From NCBI GenBank assembly GCA_002428965.1, contig DIYI01000011.1, positions 11,848 to 75,847 of the forward strand: DNA of 64,000 nt, written 5' to 3'. Shown one piece after another: positions 1 to 8,963 of the stretch (the stretch's first letter is position 1; each line of letters opens with the position of its first letter). The DNA comes from Jejuia sp. UBA6058 (lineage in GTDB: Bacteria > Bacteroidota > Bacteroidia > Flavobacteriales > Flavobacteriaceae). The position numbers were made by a program, and so were the translations under genes. Under the pieces are notes generated by a model. The model did not search any database and was not told the DNA's origin. It worked only from the letters and a program-made list of their open reading frames with translations.

Positions 1-1
1 T

Positions 2-2563
2 TTTACTTCTTTCCTTCAGGCTCAAACTTGGAGAGATCCGAATGCCAAAGTTGAAGACAGAGTAGAAGATTTATTGTCAAAAATGACTTTGGATGAAAAA
101 ATAAGCTACTGTGGTTCTGCTATAAAAGGAATTGAACGCTTAGGTATTCCAGATTTTATGTGGTATGGAGAAGCGCTTCATGGTTTAAAAGGCTGGAATT
201 GCACCCAATTTCCACAGAATAATGCCATGGGTTCTACTTGGAATCCAGATTTAATGTTTGATGTGGCAACGGCTATTTCTAATGAAGCCAGAGCATTGAA
301 AAATTCTGGACAAAAAGAAGTGATGATGTTTGCACCAACGGTTAATATGGCACGCGACCCACGTTGGGGAAGAAATGAAGAATGTTACAGTGAAGATCCG
401 CATTTAATGTCTGAAATGGCGCGTATGTACATTCGAGGGATGCAGGGTAACGATCCAAAATATGTTAAGACAGTTACAACAGTAAAACATTACATAGCAA
501 ATAATATTGATACTCGAAGAGAATACAGTCATTCTTTGGTAAGACGCAAAGATTTATACGAGTATTATTTTCCGGCTTATAAAACTTGTATTGTTGATGA
601 GGAGGCTACAGGTATAATGACGGCACTTAATGGTTTAAATGGAGTACCATGTTCTGCAAATGAATGGTTGGTGAACGGTGTTTTAAGGGATGAATGGGGT
701 TTTAAAGGCTATGTTATTGCAGATTGGGCCGCAATTCAAGGTGTTGAAAAACGTATGAGATTTGCACAAACACAAGAGGAAGCAGCGGCAATAGCGATAA
801 AATCAGGTGTTGATCAAGAATGCTTTCGGCATAAAACTAGAGAAGCGCCTTTTGTACAAGCTTTAAAACCTGCTATAGATCAAGGGTTACTTACTGAAGA
901 TGAACTGGATGTTTCGGTTAGAAGATTACTAAGGTTACGATTTATGACTGGTGATTTTGATGATCCTGCATTAATTCCTTATTCAAATATTCCAAGTAGT
1001 GTTTTAGAATGTGAGGCGCATAAACAATTGGCACTTAAAGCTGCAGAACAATCTATTGTTTTACTTAAAAATGAAAATAATATTCTGCCTCTAAAAAAGG
1101 ATGATAGTAAGTTGGCAGTAATCGGTCCTTTTGCAAACCGCTGTTGGTTAGGGATTTACTCAGGAAATCCAAAAAGTAAAGTATCTCCGCTAGAAGGCAT
1201 TAAAAATTATGCAAAAGGTAAAGTGAGTTTTGCTGAAGGGTGTTCGGTAACTGGTGATGCAGAAGATGAAGAAAAAATTAAAGAGGCTGTTGATTTAGCC
1301 AAAATATCAGATTACGTAGTAATGGTTGTTGGTAATGACGAATCTACAGCTACGGAGACCAAAGACCGTATGTCTTTAAGTTTGCCTGGGAAACAACACA
1401 AATTAATAAAAGCTGTACAGGCAGTGAACAAAAATGTAATTCTAGTTATTATTCCTAGTGGTTCTACATCTATTGGTTGGGAGCAGGAACATTTGCCTGG
1501 AATTATTTGTGCTTGGGCTAACGGACAGGAGCAAGGTGCAGCTCTAGCGAAAGTATTATATGGAGAAGTGAATCCTGGCGGAAAATTAAATACCACTTGG
1601 GTGAAGTCTGAAGAGGATTTACCGCATATGACGGACTATAACATTGCAACTTGGAAAGACAATTACGGACCTGAAGTGTCACGAACCTACATGTATTCTA
1701 AGGTAGAGCCATTGTATCCATTTGGCTTTGGATTAAGCTATACTAATTTTGAAATATCGGGCCTAAAGTTGAGCAAAAAGCGATTAAAAGAAATGAAAGA
1801 TGTGGTTGTTGAGGTCGAGGTTTCAAATACGGGAGCTATGGATGGCGATGAAATTGTACAAGTATATGTTCGCGATGTAGAATCTGATGAAATCGTTGCA
1901 ATGAAAGCGCTTAAAGGGTTTAAGCGTGTTAATGTTACAGCTGGAGATAGTAAAACAATCGCGATAAAATTACCTTACGAAGCTTTCTCGCATTACAATG
2001 TAAATACAAAACAATTTGAAGTTGCTGAAGGTGATTTTGAAATTATGGTTGGTCAGTCTAGTGATAAGATTGTAGCAACCAAAACCATAAATGTTGAAGG
2101 CGGTATAATTCCAAATATTAAGGTTGGTGAAAAGAGCGGTTATTTTGATGCAGATGATGCAAATCGCAAAAAATCTTGGGATTATTTATATGAAGATGGT
2201 GCTTTTGGTAAATCAAAAACAGATGATAAAGGTGACGATTCTGAAACATGGATAGAATATGAAATCACCTTTATAGATCCAGGAATTTATGTGAATACCT
2301 GGGATGCAGAATTAGTTTTTAAATCAACATCTAAAGAAGCGATTATTGAAGCCTCTATGCAGGGAATAAAAATCAATACTTACGATGTGGCTTGGAAAAA
2401 ATCACAAGCCATTAAAATTCCTATTCCACCAGAATATGGAAAACCAGTAAGACTGCGCATTAAAACACTAAATGGAGAAGTGGAGCATGAATCTATTAAG
2501 ATTATACCTCCTGGAGATGTAAAAGCTTTTGTGATTTCTAAGATTATTGAAGGGTCAGAATAA
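2..2563 (+). CDS. GH3 beta-glucosidase/beta-xylosidase (5' partial) with Fn3-like domain and extra C-terminal domain
   Basis: Frame is open to the window edge (FTSFLQAQTWRDPNAKVEDRVEDLLSKMTLDEK), so the true start is upstream of the tracked TTG at 74. GH3 motifs: ARDPRWGRNEECYSEDP, KHY, nucleophile region GYVIADW, PLYPFGFGLSYT, GDEIVQVYV. Confidence 0.92.
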   Translation, partial: FTSFLQAQTWRDPNAKVEDRVEDLLSKMTLDEKISYCGSAIKGIERLGIPDFMWYGEALHGLKGWNCTQFPQNNAMGSTWNPDLMFDVATAISNEARALKNSGQKEVMMFAPTVNMARDPRWGRNEECYSEDPHLMSEMARMYIRGMQGNDPKYVKTVTTVKHYIANNIDTRREYSHSLVRRKDLYEYYFPAYKTCIVDEEATGIMTALNGLNGVPCSANEWLVNGVLRDEWGFKGYVIADWAAIQGVEKRMRFAQTQEEAAAIAIKSGVDQECFRHKTREAPFVQALKPAIDQGLLTEDELDVSVRRLLRLRFMTGDFDDPALIPYSNIPSSVLECEAHKQLALKAAEQSIVLLKNENNILPLKKDDSKLAVIGPFANRCWLGIYSGNPKSKVSPLEGIKNYAKGKVSFAEGCSVTGDAEDEEKIKEAVDLAKISDYVVMVVGNDESTATETKDRMSLSLPGKQHKLIKAVQAVNKNVILVIIPSGSTSIGWEQEHLPGIICAWANGQEQGAALAKVLYGEVNPGGKLNTTWVKSEEDLPHMTDYNIATWKDNYGPEVSRTYMYSKVEPLYPFGFGLSYTNFEISGLKLSKKRLKEMKDVVVEVEVSNTGAMDGDEIVQVYVRDVESDEIVAMKALKGFKRVNVTAGDSKTIAIKLPYEAFSHYNVNTKQFEVAEGDFEIMVGQSSDKIVATKTINVEGGIIPNIKVGEKSGYFDADDANRKKSWDYLYEDGAFGKSKTDDKGDDSETWIEYEITFIDPGIYVNTWDAELVFKSTSKEAIIEASMQGIKINTYDVAWKKSQAIKIPIPPEYGKPVRLRIKTLNGEVEHESIKIIPPGDVKAFVISKIIEGSE

Positions 2564-2609
2564 TATAATCAACTTTCCATTAACTGAATGATTTTGAACT
2601 AGAATTTTA

Positions 2610-3179
2610 TTATAATTCTCCAGGATAGTCCTTCATTCTGAAAACCTCTTGTTCACTTTTAGATAAAATAAAGTAATCGTTTTCTCCATATTTATGATTT
2701 CCATAAATTATACTAAAGCTTGTGGCGGAAGATATATTTTTTAAGTTAGAGCCAAAATTTATATGTTTTTCCATTTTAAAACATTTTTCAATTTGATCTT
2801 CTAAATGTCTGTATTTGGATTCATTTTCTAAAAAGCTAACTTTTATTTTTTTATAAAGTTTGAAATAGTCGTTCACTCTAAATTTTAACCAACCTTCTAC
2901 TTTAGGAGAATATATATGGCTTGGTTTCTCAAGATATCTTAGATTGATATAAAAAATACTCCCAGGCTTAATTTTTTTAGTGTCAATCTTGAATATAACA
3001 AAAGATAATAAAGGTGGAGAATTGTATCTGCCTTTTTCGCCTAAACGTAATGTTTCCTTAAAACTAAAAATATGCTGTTTTGTTTGAGAATTGTATATAG
3101 ACGAAGAGAATGCCCAATTGGCAAAAGCAATTGAAGAAAGGATAAGTGTGTTTTTATGTAAAAAGTCTTTTCTTGTCAT
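2610..3179 (-). CDS. Hypothetical protein with Tat-like N-terminus
   Basis: ORF track 2610..3200. The ATG at 3179 gives MTRKDFLHKNTLILSSIAFANWAFSS (RK variant of the twin-arginine motif plus a hydrophobic stretch). No family recognised; very AT-rich. Confidence 0.55.
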   Translation of the reverse strand: MTRKDFLHKNTLILSSIAFANWAFSSSIYNSQTKQHIFSFKETLRLGEKGRYNSPPLLSFVIFKIDTKKIKPGSIFYINLRYLEKPSHIYSPKVEGWLKFRVNDYFKLYKKIKVSFLENESKYRHLEDQIEKCFKMEKHINFGSNLKNISSATSFSIIYGNHKYGENDYFILSKSEQEVFRMKDYPGEL

Positions 3180-3196
3180 TTCATAAAATACTTTAC

Positions 3197-4216
3197 TCAA
3201 TTTAATAAATAAGTAAAACTGTTCAATTTTTGATCAGAAACCCTAAAGCCAGCGATAAACCCACTGCTGTATTTTGCGGTGATTTGTCCGTTTGATTCGT
3301 GTTTCTGTTCAGGTTCACCTAATAAGGTGTTTATAGATGAAAGTGTATCTGTAAAAGAAATTCCTTTTACTAGGTTCCCACTATAAGATTCATAATACTC
3401 CATTTTATCAAAACAAGTTAAAAATTGTGCTTTTTTTGTTGAACCATTAACCATGTACATAAAACCATAACTTGGGTAATGAAAAACTTGTGAACTGGAT
3501 GAGGGATCTTTTTCAATTAATTGCGGATTTCCCAACTCATATTCTATATCCGTAATTCTTTTTCCAACTAGATTCTTTAACCTTTCAAAGGTGTAGAAAT
3601 TGTCGGTCATTATTTTTAAAATGTTCGTTTTTCTAAATATTTTAGGATAAATATCCAGTCGAACAAGTCTATTACCAAAGGATACACTGCCGTTACTGTA
3701 TATGAGCTTACGACAATGAAATTTCATCCCTATTTTTTCATATATCATGTCAACCCCTCCAGATTTAATGTTAATCTCCTTTTTATCTGGTTTCCCAAGT
3801 AACTCTTCAATAGATTCATCATCAGAAATAAAGAATACTAAATTTGAAAACAAGGAATCGTTTTTGTTATCGTTAACAGAAGCAGCGTTAGATATGCTCC
3901 AGTGAATAGCATTCTTGTTCTTGTCAAAGTAAATTTTTATGCCCTTTTCCCATTCATAGATATAAGCAATTTCGACTCCAAGAGATACTAATTCTTTATG
4001 TTTTTCTAACAAAAATTCTGTATTGCCTGATGTATTAAGAATCGTTTTCCAATCTCGCGCTTGTTTCGGTTCTCCAAGAGTTTGAATAATGGATTGTGCA
4101 TCGTTATCCTTAAAGCTAATGTATTGGAAAAAGTCTGATGGTTTTAATATGGATGATTGTGCAATACAGAATGAAGATAATGTAACCAGAATTACAAGGA
4201 AAGTCAGTTTTTTCAT
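3197..4216 (-). CDS. Secreted hypothetical protein with four LGxP repeats (BLIP/BamE-like repeat domain suspected)
   Basis: Signal peptide MKKLTFLVILVTLSSFCIAQ; recurring IIQTLGEP, EELLGKP, EYELGNP, NTLLGEP. Confidence 0.65.
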   Translation of the reverse strand: MKKLTFLVILVTLSSFCIAQSSILKPSDFFQYISFKDNDAQSIIQTLGEPKQARDWKTILNTSGNTEFLLEKHKELVSLGVEIAYIYEWEKGIKIYFDKNKNAIHWSISNAASVNDNKNDSLFSNLVFFISDDESIEELLGKPDKKEINIKSGGVDMIYEKIGMKFHCRKLIYSNGSVSFGNRLVRLDIYPKIFRKTNILKIMTDNFYTFERLKNLVGKRITDIEYELGNPQLIEKDPSSSSQVFHYPSYGFMYMVNGSTKKAQFLTCFDKMEYYESYSGNLVKGISFTDTLSSINTLLGEPEQKHESNGQITAKYSSGFIAGFRVSDQKLNSFTYLLN

Positions 4217-4450
4217 GGTTTTAGAGTTTAGATTGTATGGAGTTGATGTCTAATAAAATTTATTAAATATAAAAAATCCTTTTGAATATTTTTTGGAAAC
4301 TGGATCGTAAAGTGCTTTTATTTAATGATTTACGAATATATTATAGGTGTCTGGATTTGAATTTACGATGGTGAGTTTTAAATACAAATCATTAAATATA
4401 TTTATTGTTTATATAAAAAATATAAATAAAAATATATTAAAATTAGGTTG

Positions 4451-4458
4451 TATCTTTG
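4451..4458 (+). promoter_or_regulatory. Bacteroidota -7 promoter element TATCTTTG
   Basis: Exact TAnnTTTG match. No plus-strand CDS lies between it and the hairpin at 4560-4594. Confidence 0.5.
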
Positions 4459-4462
4459 GGTT

Positions 4463-4594
4463 AACCTAAGGGAATGAAGTTTATAATATGTAATTTTATT
4501 TCATGTAAGGTTTAGTTAATTTGAGTTTGGTTAATAGCGCGGTTTGGGTGAAACCGTGGAAAAAAATCCATGTAGTAGGAGCATGGATTTTTTT
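4463..4594 (+). ncRNA. Candidate ~130-nt small RNA
   Basis: Bounded by TATCTTTG upstream and a hairpin with U-run downstream. Internal hairpin GCGGTTT/AAACCGT at 4539-4557. U/G-rich core GGTTTAGTTAATTTGAGTTTGGTTAAT. Confidence 0.4.
4560..4594. terminator. Bidirectional intrinsic terminator
   Basis: AAAAAAATCCATG-tagtaggag-CATGGATTTTTTT, located at the 3' end of the minus-strand peroxidase gene. Confidence 0.8.
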
Positions 4595-5774
4595 ATGGGT
4601 TAATATCTCCTCCTACAGGTAATCCGCTTGGAACTTCTTCAGGAATGGATCTGTCAAAATCATCGTCGTTCAAAGTATTTAAAAAAGAAATAATTGGTTT
4701 CATTTCTTTTACACTAAGCTTCAGGTTTTGTGCCAATGAATCTATCTTAAGAATAGGTATGCTAGGATTCCTAGTTTTCTTAAAAGTTAAGTCTTCATAA
4801 AACTCCAAAACTTTTTCCAGTGTTGGTAATGTGCCGTTATGCATATAAGGCGCGGTAAATCGCAAATTTCTTAAAGTAGGTGTTCTAAAGCTAAATTGCT
4901 TATCAAACCCATCGTCAATAGAATCTAATTTCTCATTCTCAGGAACACTTAAAACATGCATCTCGTAATCCGAAAACATCGGTCCGTTATGGCAATTAAT
5001 ACAACCTACACTTTTAAAAAGATTGAATCCCTTTTTTTCTGCTAGAGAAATGGCTGAAGAATCTCCTCGCATATATTTATCAAAATTTGAGTTGTTCGAA
5101 ATCAAAGTGCGCTCAAAAGCAGCAAGAGATTTTCCAATATTTTCAACAGTAATTGATTCTTTTTCATCAAAAGCATCCTGAAATAAGCTTCTGTATTTTG
5201 GAATTGATTTGAGTCTATCAACAACTATTTCTAAAATTTTGACATCGCTGAAATTAGTACCACGCATTTCCTCTAATGCCTTTATGGGTTCGATGGCTTG
5301 AGTTTCTAAACTTCTTACTCGCGAGTCCCAAAACATTGGGGCTTCTTCTGGTTTGTACCCATTTGAGGTGATTAAACCATTAAAAGCTGAATTAAGTATG
5401 GTGTGGGCGTTACGTTTTACGAAAGGTATTTTATTCGGAGTATTAAACTTTCTTTTAGAGCCAAACCCTGTGCCATTAACACCAATGGAAATATCTCTAA
5501 ATTCGGCATAGCCATTTGTGGGGTGATGACAGGTTGCACATGCTACGTCTTTATCTCCTGATAGAATAGGATCAAAAAAAAGTAGTCTTCCTAGTTGAAT
5601 TTTATCAGGGTTTGGAAGATTATTATTGGGATGTTTGGCGGCTAAGGGAAGCGCATCTAATAGATGCTTTGTAGGTTGTTGACCTTCGAAAGACTTGTAG
5701 CTTGCACTTTTTTTACAAGAAGTAATTAACAGAAAAAAGACTCCAATAAGTTTAGTGATACTCTTAAAACACAT
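4593..5774 (-). CDS. Di-heme cytochrome c peroxidase (CcpA/MauG family), lipoprotein
   Basis: Heme motifs CATCH and CINCH; LGRLLFFDPILSG; FRTPTLRNLRFTAPYMHNG; lipobox-like ITSC. Confidence 0.92.
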   Translation of the reverse strand: MCFKSITKLIGVFFLLITSCKKSASYKSFEGQQPTKHLLDALPLAAKHPNNNLPNPDKIQLGRLLFFDPILSGDKDVACATCHHPTNGYAEFRDISIGVNGTGFGSKRKFNTPNKIPFVKRNAHTILNSAFNGLITSNGYKPEEAPMFWDSRVRSLETQAIEPIKALEEMRGTNFSDVKILEIVVDRLKSIPKYRSLFQDAFDEKESITVENIGKSLAAFERTLISNNSNFDKYMRGDSSAISLAEKKGFNLFKSVGCINCHNGPMFSDYEMHVLSVPENEKLDSIDDGFDKQFSFRTPTLRNLRFTAPYMHNGTLPTLEKVLEFYEDLTFKKTRNPSIPILKIDSLAQNLKLSVKEMKPIISFLNTLNDDDFDRSIPEEVPSGLPVGGDINP

Positions 5775-5815
5775 TAAAATTAACGCTTATTGGAGTCAAT
5801 ATTACTGAAAATAAG

Positions 5816-8032
5816 TTAGTTTTTATTTTTAAAATTATCAAACTCTGACGCAGATTCAGTTTTTGGGAATGCATTATTGGACATATCGGTATCCGCAAAC
5901 TCAAAATTAGGATCAAGATTTACAGTTTTTACTTCTTTATCCTTTATAAACGTATGCTTTACTTCGTATTCATTTCTTCGCCATATTTGGGCGGGAAGTT
6001 TGTCAATTTCTTTTGATCCATCAGTATATTCCCATTCTATTGTAACAGGCATTACCAAACCACCTTTATTTTTTATGGTAACTTCATATAAGTTTTTACC
6101 TGATACTTCTTTTCTTACGGCAGCTTCATCAAGTCGAGATAAAAATTGACCATAGGCATTATCTGGTGTTGCCGTCATATTAATTACTTCAGGTCCAGTA
6201 GAAAAGTCTTTGGGGGGTTCAGTGGCAGTATCGCCCTCTGCAACAACCTGAGTACTTTGTTTTTGGTCTTCAATATTTCGATCTTCTTCATGAACCTTAA
6301 ACCATTTTACATTTGATAATTCCATATCCACATTGTCGGTCGTGTAGAACCAGCCTCTAAAAAACCAATCTAAATCTGTGGCTGTTGCATCTTCTAAAGT
6401 TCTAAATAAATCAGAAGGATTAGGATGTTTGTATTTCCAACGATTAGCATACTCTTTAAAGGCGGCATCAAATAACTCTTTACCAACTATAGAATTACGA
6501 AGCATTTGCAGGCCAACGGTAGGTTTTAAATAGAAATTAGCCCCAAATTGATTTAATAATTCATTATCTGAAGTTGTCATTATTGGTCGTAGCACATTTT
6601 TATCACCACTCATAAATGGTGCAATGCTTATTGGTGTGGTGCTATTGAAGTCTGGATAACGTTCTGCAACAGTGCGCTGATGTAAAAATGTATTTAAACC
6701 TTCGTCCATCCACATCCACTTACGCTCATCTGAACTTACAATCATAGGGAACCAGTTGTGACCAACTTCATGTATAATGGTTCCAATCATACCTGCTTTA
6801 GCACCTTTACTTATTTTTCCATTTTTAGGTCTACCTCCATTAAAACTTATCATTGGAAATTCCATACCTATATTAGAGGTGTTTACTGAAATGCATACAG
6901 GATAAGGATAATCAAAAGTTGCTTCAGAGTACACTTCTAAAGCATGCATTATGGCCTTTGTAGACTCTTCTTGCCATACAGGAAGACCTTCTTTTGGGTA
7001 GAAAGACATTGCCATTACAGTATTTGTTGGTAGTTTTACGGCTTGCGCATCCCACATAAATTTTCTGGAAGAAGCAAAAGCAAAATCTCTTACATTTTTC
7101 GCGGAGAATTTCCATGTTTTTTGTTTAGAAGTTTTTTCTGCTTCGTTTTCCAAAGCTTCTTCTTTGGTAATTACCATTATTGGCTTGTCAAACGAGGATG
7201 CGGCTTCTTTTAAACGTTTTCTCTGTTTTTTATTGAGTACGTTTTCAGGGTTTTGAAGCGCCCCGGTAGAAGCTACTACATGATCTGCAGGAACAGTAAT
7301 CTCAACATCGTAATTGCCAAATTCCAGCGCAAATTCACCCAATTTTTGAAATTGTTGGTTTTGCCATCCTTCGGTATCATTATAAACCGCCATTCTAGGG
7401 AACCAATGAGCAATTAGATAGACTGTATTATCGTCTTCAGGGAAATATTCGTAGCCTTCACGTGATAATAAATACATGCTGCGATCTGTAATGTGATAAG
7501 ACCATCCTATAGAAAAAGTCATAGACGTGCCTGATTTCAGAGGCTCATCCAATAGTACTTTCATCATCGTATTATTTACTAGAGATTGTATGGCTTCGCC
7601 ATTAGCATCTTTTATATATTTTATGGTATAACCCGCCGGAAAGTCTATGGCACGTGTTAAAAATTGCATTTGTCTGGCGTTCATGCCGTCTCTTAAATTA
7701 TTGCCTATACTACCAAAATCTTCGTTTTCTTTTTTATTGACGTTCTGTTCTAATTGAATCCACAAATAGCTTAAATCATCTGGAGAATTGTTAAAATAAG
7801 TGATGGTTTCCTCCCCAGAAAGTACATTGTTTTTTTCATCAATTGTGGCCTTAATATTATAATCGGCACGCTGCTGCCAATAGTCTTTACCAGGAGCGCC
7901 ACTCGCTGTTCTATAGGTGTTTACAGGTTCCAATAAATTGTCAATGGGCTCAAATTTTCCTTTCCAAGGTTGTGTTTGTGCCTGAATTTGAATAAGAAAA
8001 AGTGTAAGACAAAAAGTAAAAATGTACTTCAT
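5816..8032 (-). CDS. M1 family metallo-aminopeptidase
   Basis: HEVGH followed by WMDEG (HEXXH-X18-E zinc motif); GMEFP exopeptidase motif; signal peptide; YWQQRADY N-terminal motif. Confidence 0.9.
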   Translation of the reverse strand: MKYIFTFCLTLFLIQIQAQTQPWKGKFEPIDNLLEPVNTYRTASGAPGKDYWQQRADYNIKATIDEKNNVLSGEETITYFNNSPDDLSYLWIQLEQNVNKKENEDFGSIGNNLRDGMNARQMQFLTRAIDFPAGYTIKYIKDANGEAIQSLVNNTMMKVLLDEPLKSGTSMTFSIGWSYHITDRSMYLLSREGYEYFPEDDNTVYLIAHWFPRMAVYNDTEGWQNQQFQKLGEFALEFGNYDVEITVPADHVVASTGALQNPENVLNKKQRKRLKEAASSFDKPIMVITKEEALENEAEKTSKQKTWKFSAKNVRDFAFASSRKFMWDAQAVKLPTNTVMAMSFYPKEGLPVWQEESTKAIMHALEVYSEATFDYPYPVCISVNTSNIGMEFPMISFNGGRPKNGKISKGAKAGMIGTIIHEVGHNWFPMIVSSDERKWMWMDEGLNTFLHQRTVAERYPDFNSTTPISIAPFMSGDKNVLRPIMTTSDNELLNQFGANFYLKPTVGLQMLRNSIVGKELFDAAFKEYANRWKYKHPNPSDLFRTLEDATATDLDWFFRGWFYTTDNVDMELSNVKWFKVHEEDRNIEDQKQSTQVVAEGDTATEPPKDFSTGPEVINMTATPDNAYGQFLSRLDEAAVRKEVSGKNLYEVTIKNKGGLVMPVTIEWEYTDGSKEIDKLPAQIWRRNEYEVKHTFIKDKEVKTVNLDPNFEFADTDMSNNAFPKTESASEFDNFKNKN

Positions 8033-8216
8033 ATTGTTTATAGATTGTTAGTTTTTCTAAAAAGTTTTACAATTTATAAATTACTTTGGTAAATATCTGT
8101 TAATTAAACAATTGTTTTCGTTTAGATTAAATTTATGTCAATTTTGAGCAATTCATAGGGGTTTAAGTTGTTTTGACTAGACAGCTTTTTTACCTTTACG
8201 GCCCAAATCAAATACT

Positions 8217-8744
8217 ATGGCAGAAGATAAAGACTTAACGTTCGACGTTTTAATAGAAATTCCTAAAGGCAGTAGAAATAAATACGAGTATGATTTTGTG
8301 TTAAACAAAATTAGATTTGATCGTATGCTATTTTCTTCAATGATGTATCCAGGTGACTATGGTTTTGTTCCAGAAACTTTAGCGTTAGATAAAGATCCAT
8401 TAGATGTGCTTGTATTAGGACATCAACCAACATTCCCAATGGTTGTTATGGAGGTAAGGCCAATTGGTGTTTTTCATATGACAGATGAAAAAGGACCAGA
8501 TGAAAAAATAATATGTGTGCCCGTTTCAGATCCTATATGGAGCAACAAATGGGATTTAGAAGATATTAATCCTCACAGAATGAAAGAAATAGAGCATTTC
8601 TTTAAAGTGTATAAAGACTTAGAAGAGAAAAAAGTTGATACCGGAGGCTGGGGCAATGCGGAACAAGCGCGAAACATATACCATGAAAGTGTAAAACGTT
8701 ATGATGAAAGTGAGCATAAGAAAAAGAGAACGTTCACTATCTAG
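8217..8744 (+). CDS. ppa: Soluble family I inorganic pyrophosphatase
   Basis: EIPKGSRNKYEYD, YPGDYGFVPETLALDKDPLDVLV, DEKGPDEKII. Confidence 0.95.
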   Translation: MAEDKDLTFDVLIEIPKGSRNKYEYDFVLNKIRFDRMLFSSMMYPGDYGFVPETLALDKDPLDVLVLGHQPTFPMVVMEVRPIGVFHMTDEKGPDEKIICVPVSDPIWSNKWDLEDINPHRMKEIEHFFKVYKDLEEKKVDTGGWGNAEQARNIYHESVKRYDESEHKKKRTFTI

Positions 8745-8771
8745 ATATAAACCCTCATTTTAAATACTTTG

Positions 8772-8800
8772 AAAATGCTCACATTAGTGAGCATTTTTTT
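8772..8800 (+). terminator. Intrinsic terminator after ppa
   Basis: AAAATGCTCAC-atta-GTGAGCATTTTTTT. Confidence 0.8.
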
Positions 8801-8963
8801 GTTTCTAAGTGTCGTTTAACTGATATTTATCATTGTTTTATGAATAATATAATTTAAGTGTATTTAAGATGTGAAATCTTTAGTTAAACAGTCCTTTTTT
8901 TATCACTTTTATTTTTCTATTTTTGCCCGTCTATTTTATTAACGTAACTAACTGATTTGAAAT

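Noticed and set aside
1312-1596. Short antisense or alternate-frame ORFs in the track (also 5877, 12147, 24028, 37313, 48888, 60700 and others)
   Set aside because: All overlap well-supported genes and have no recognisable motif or independent start context.
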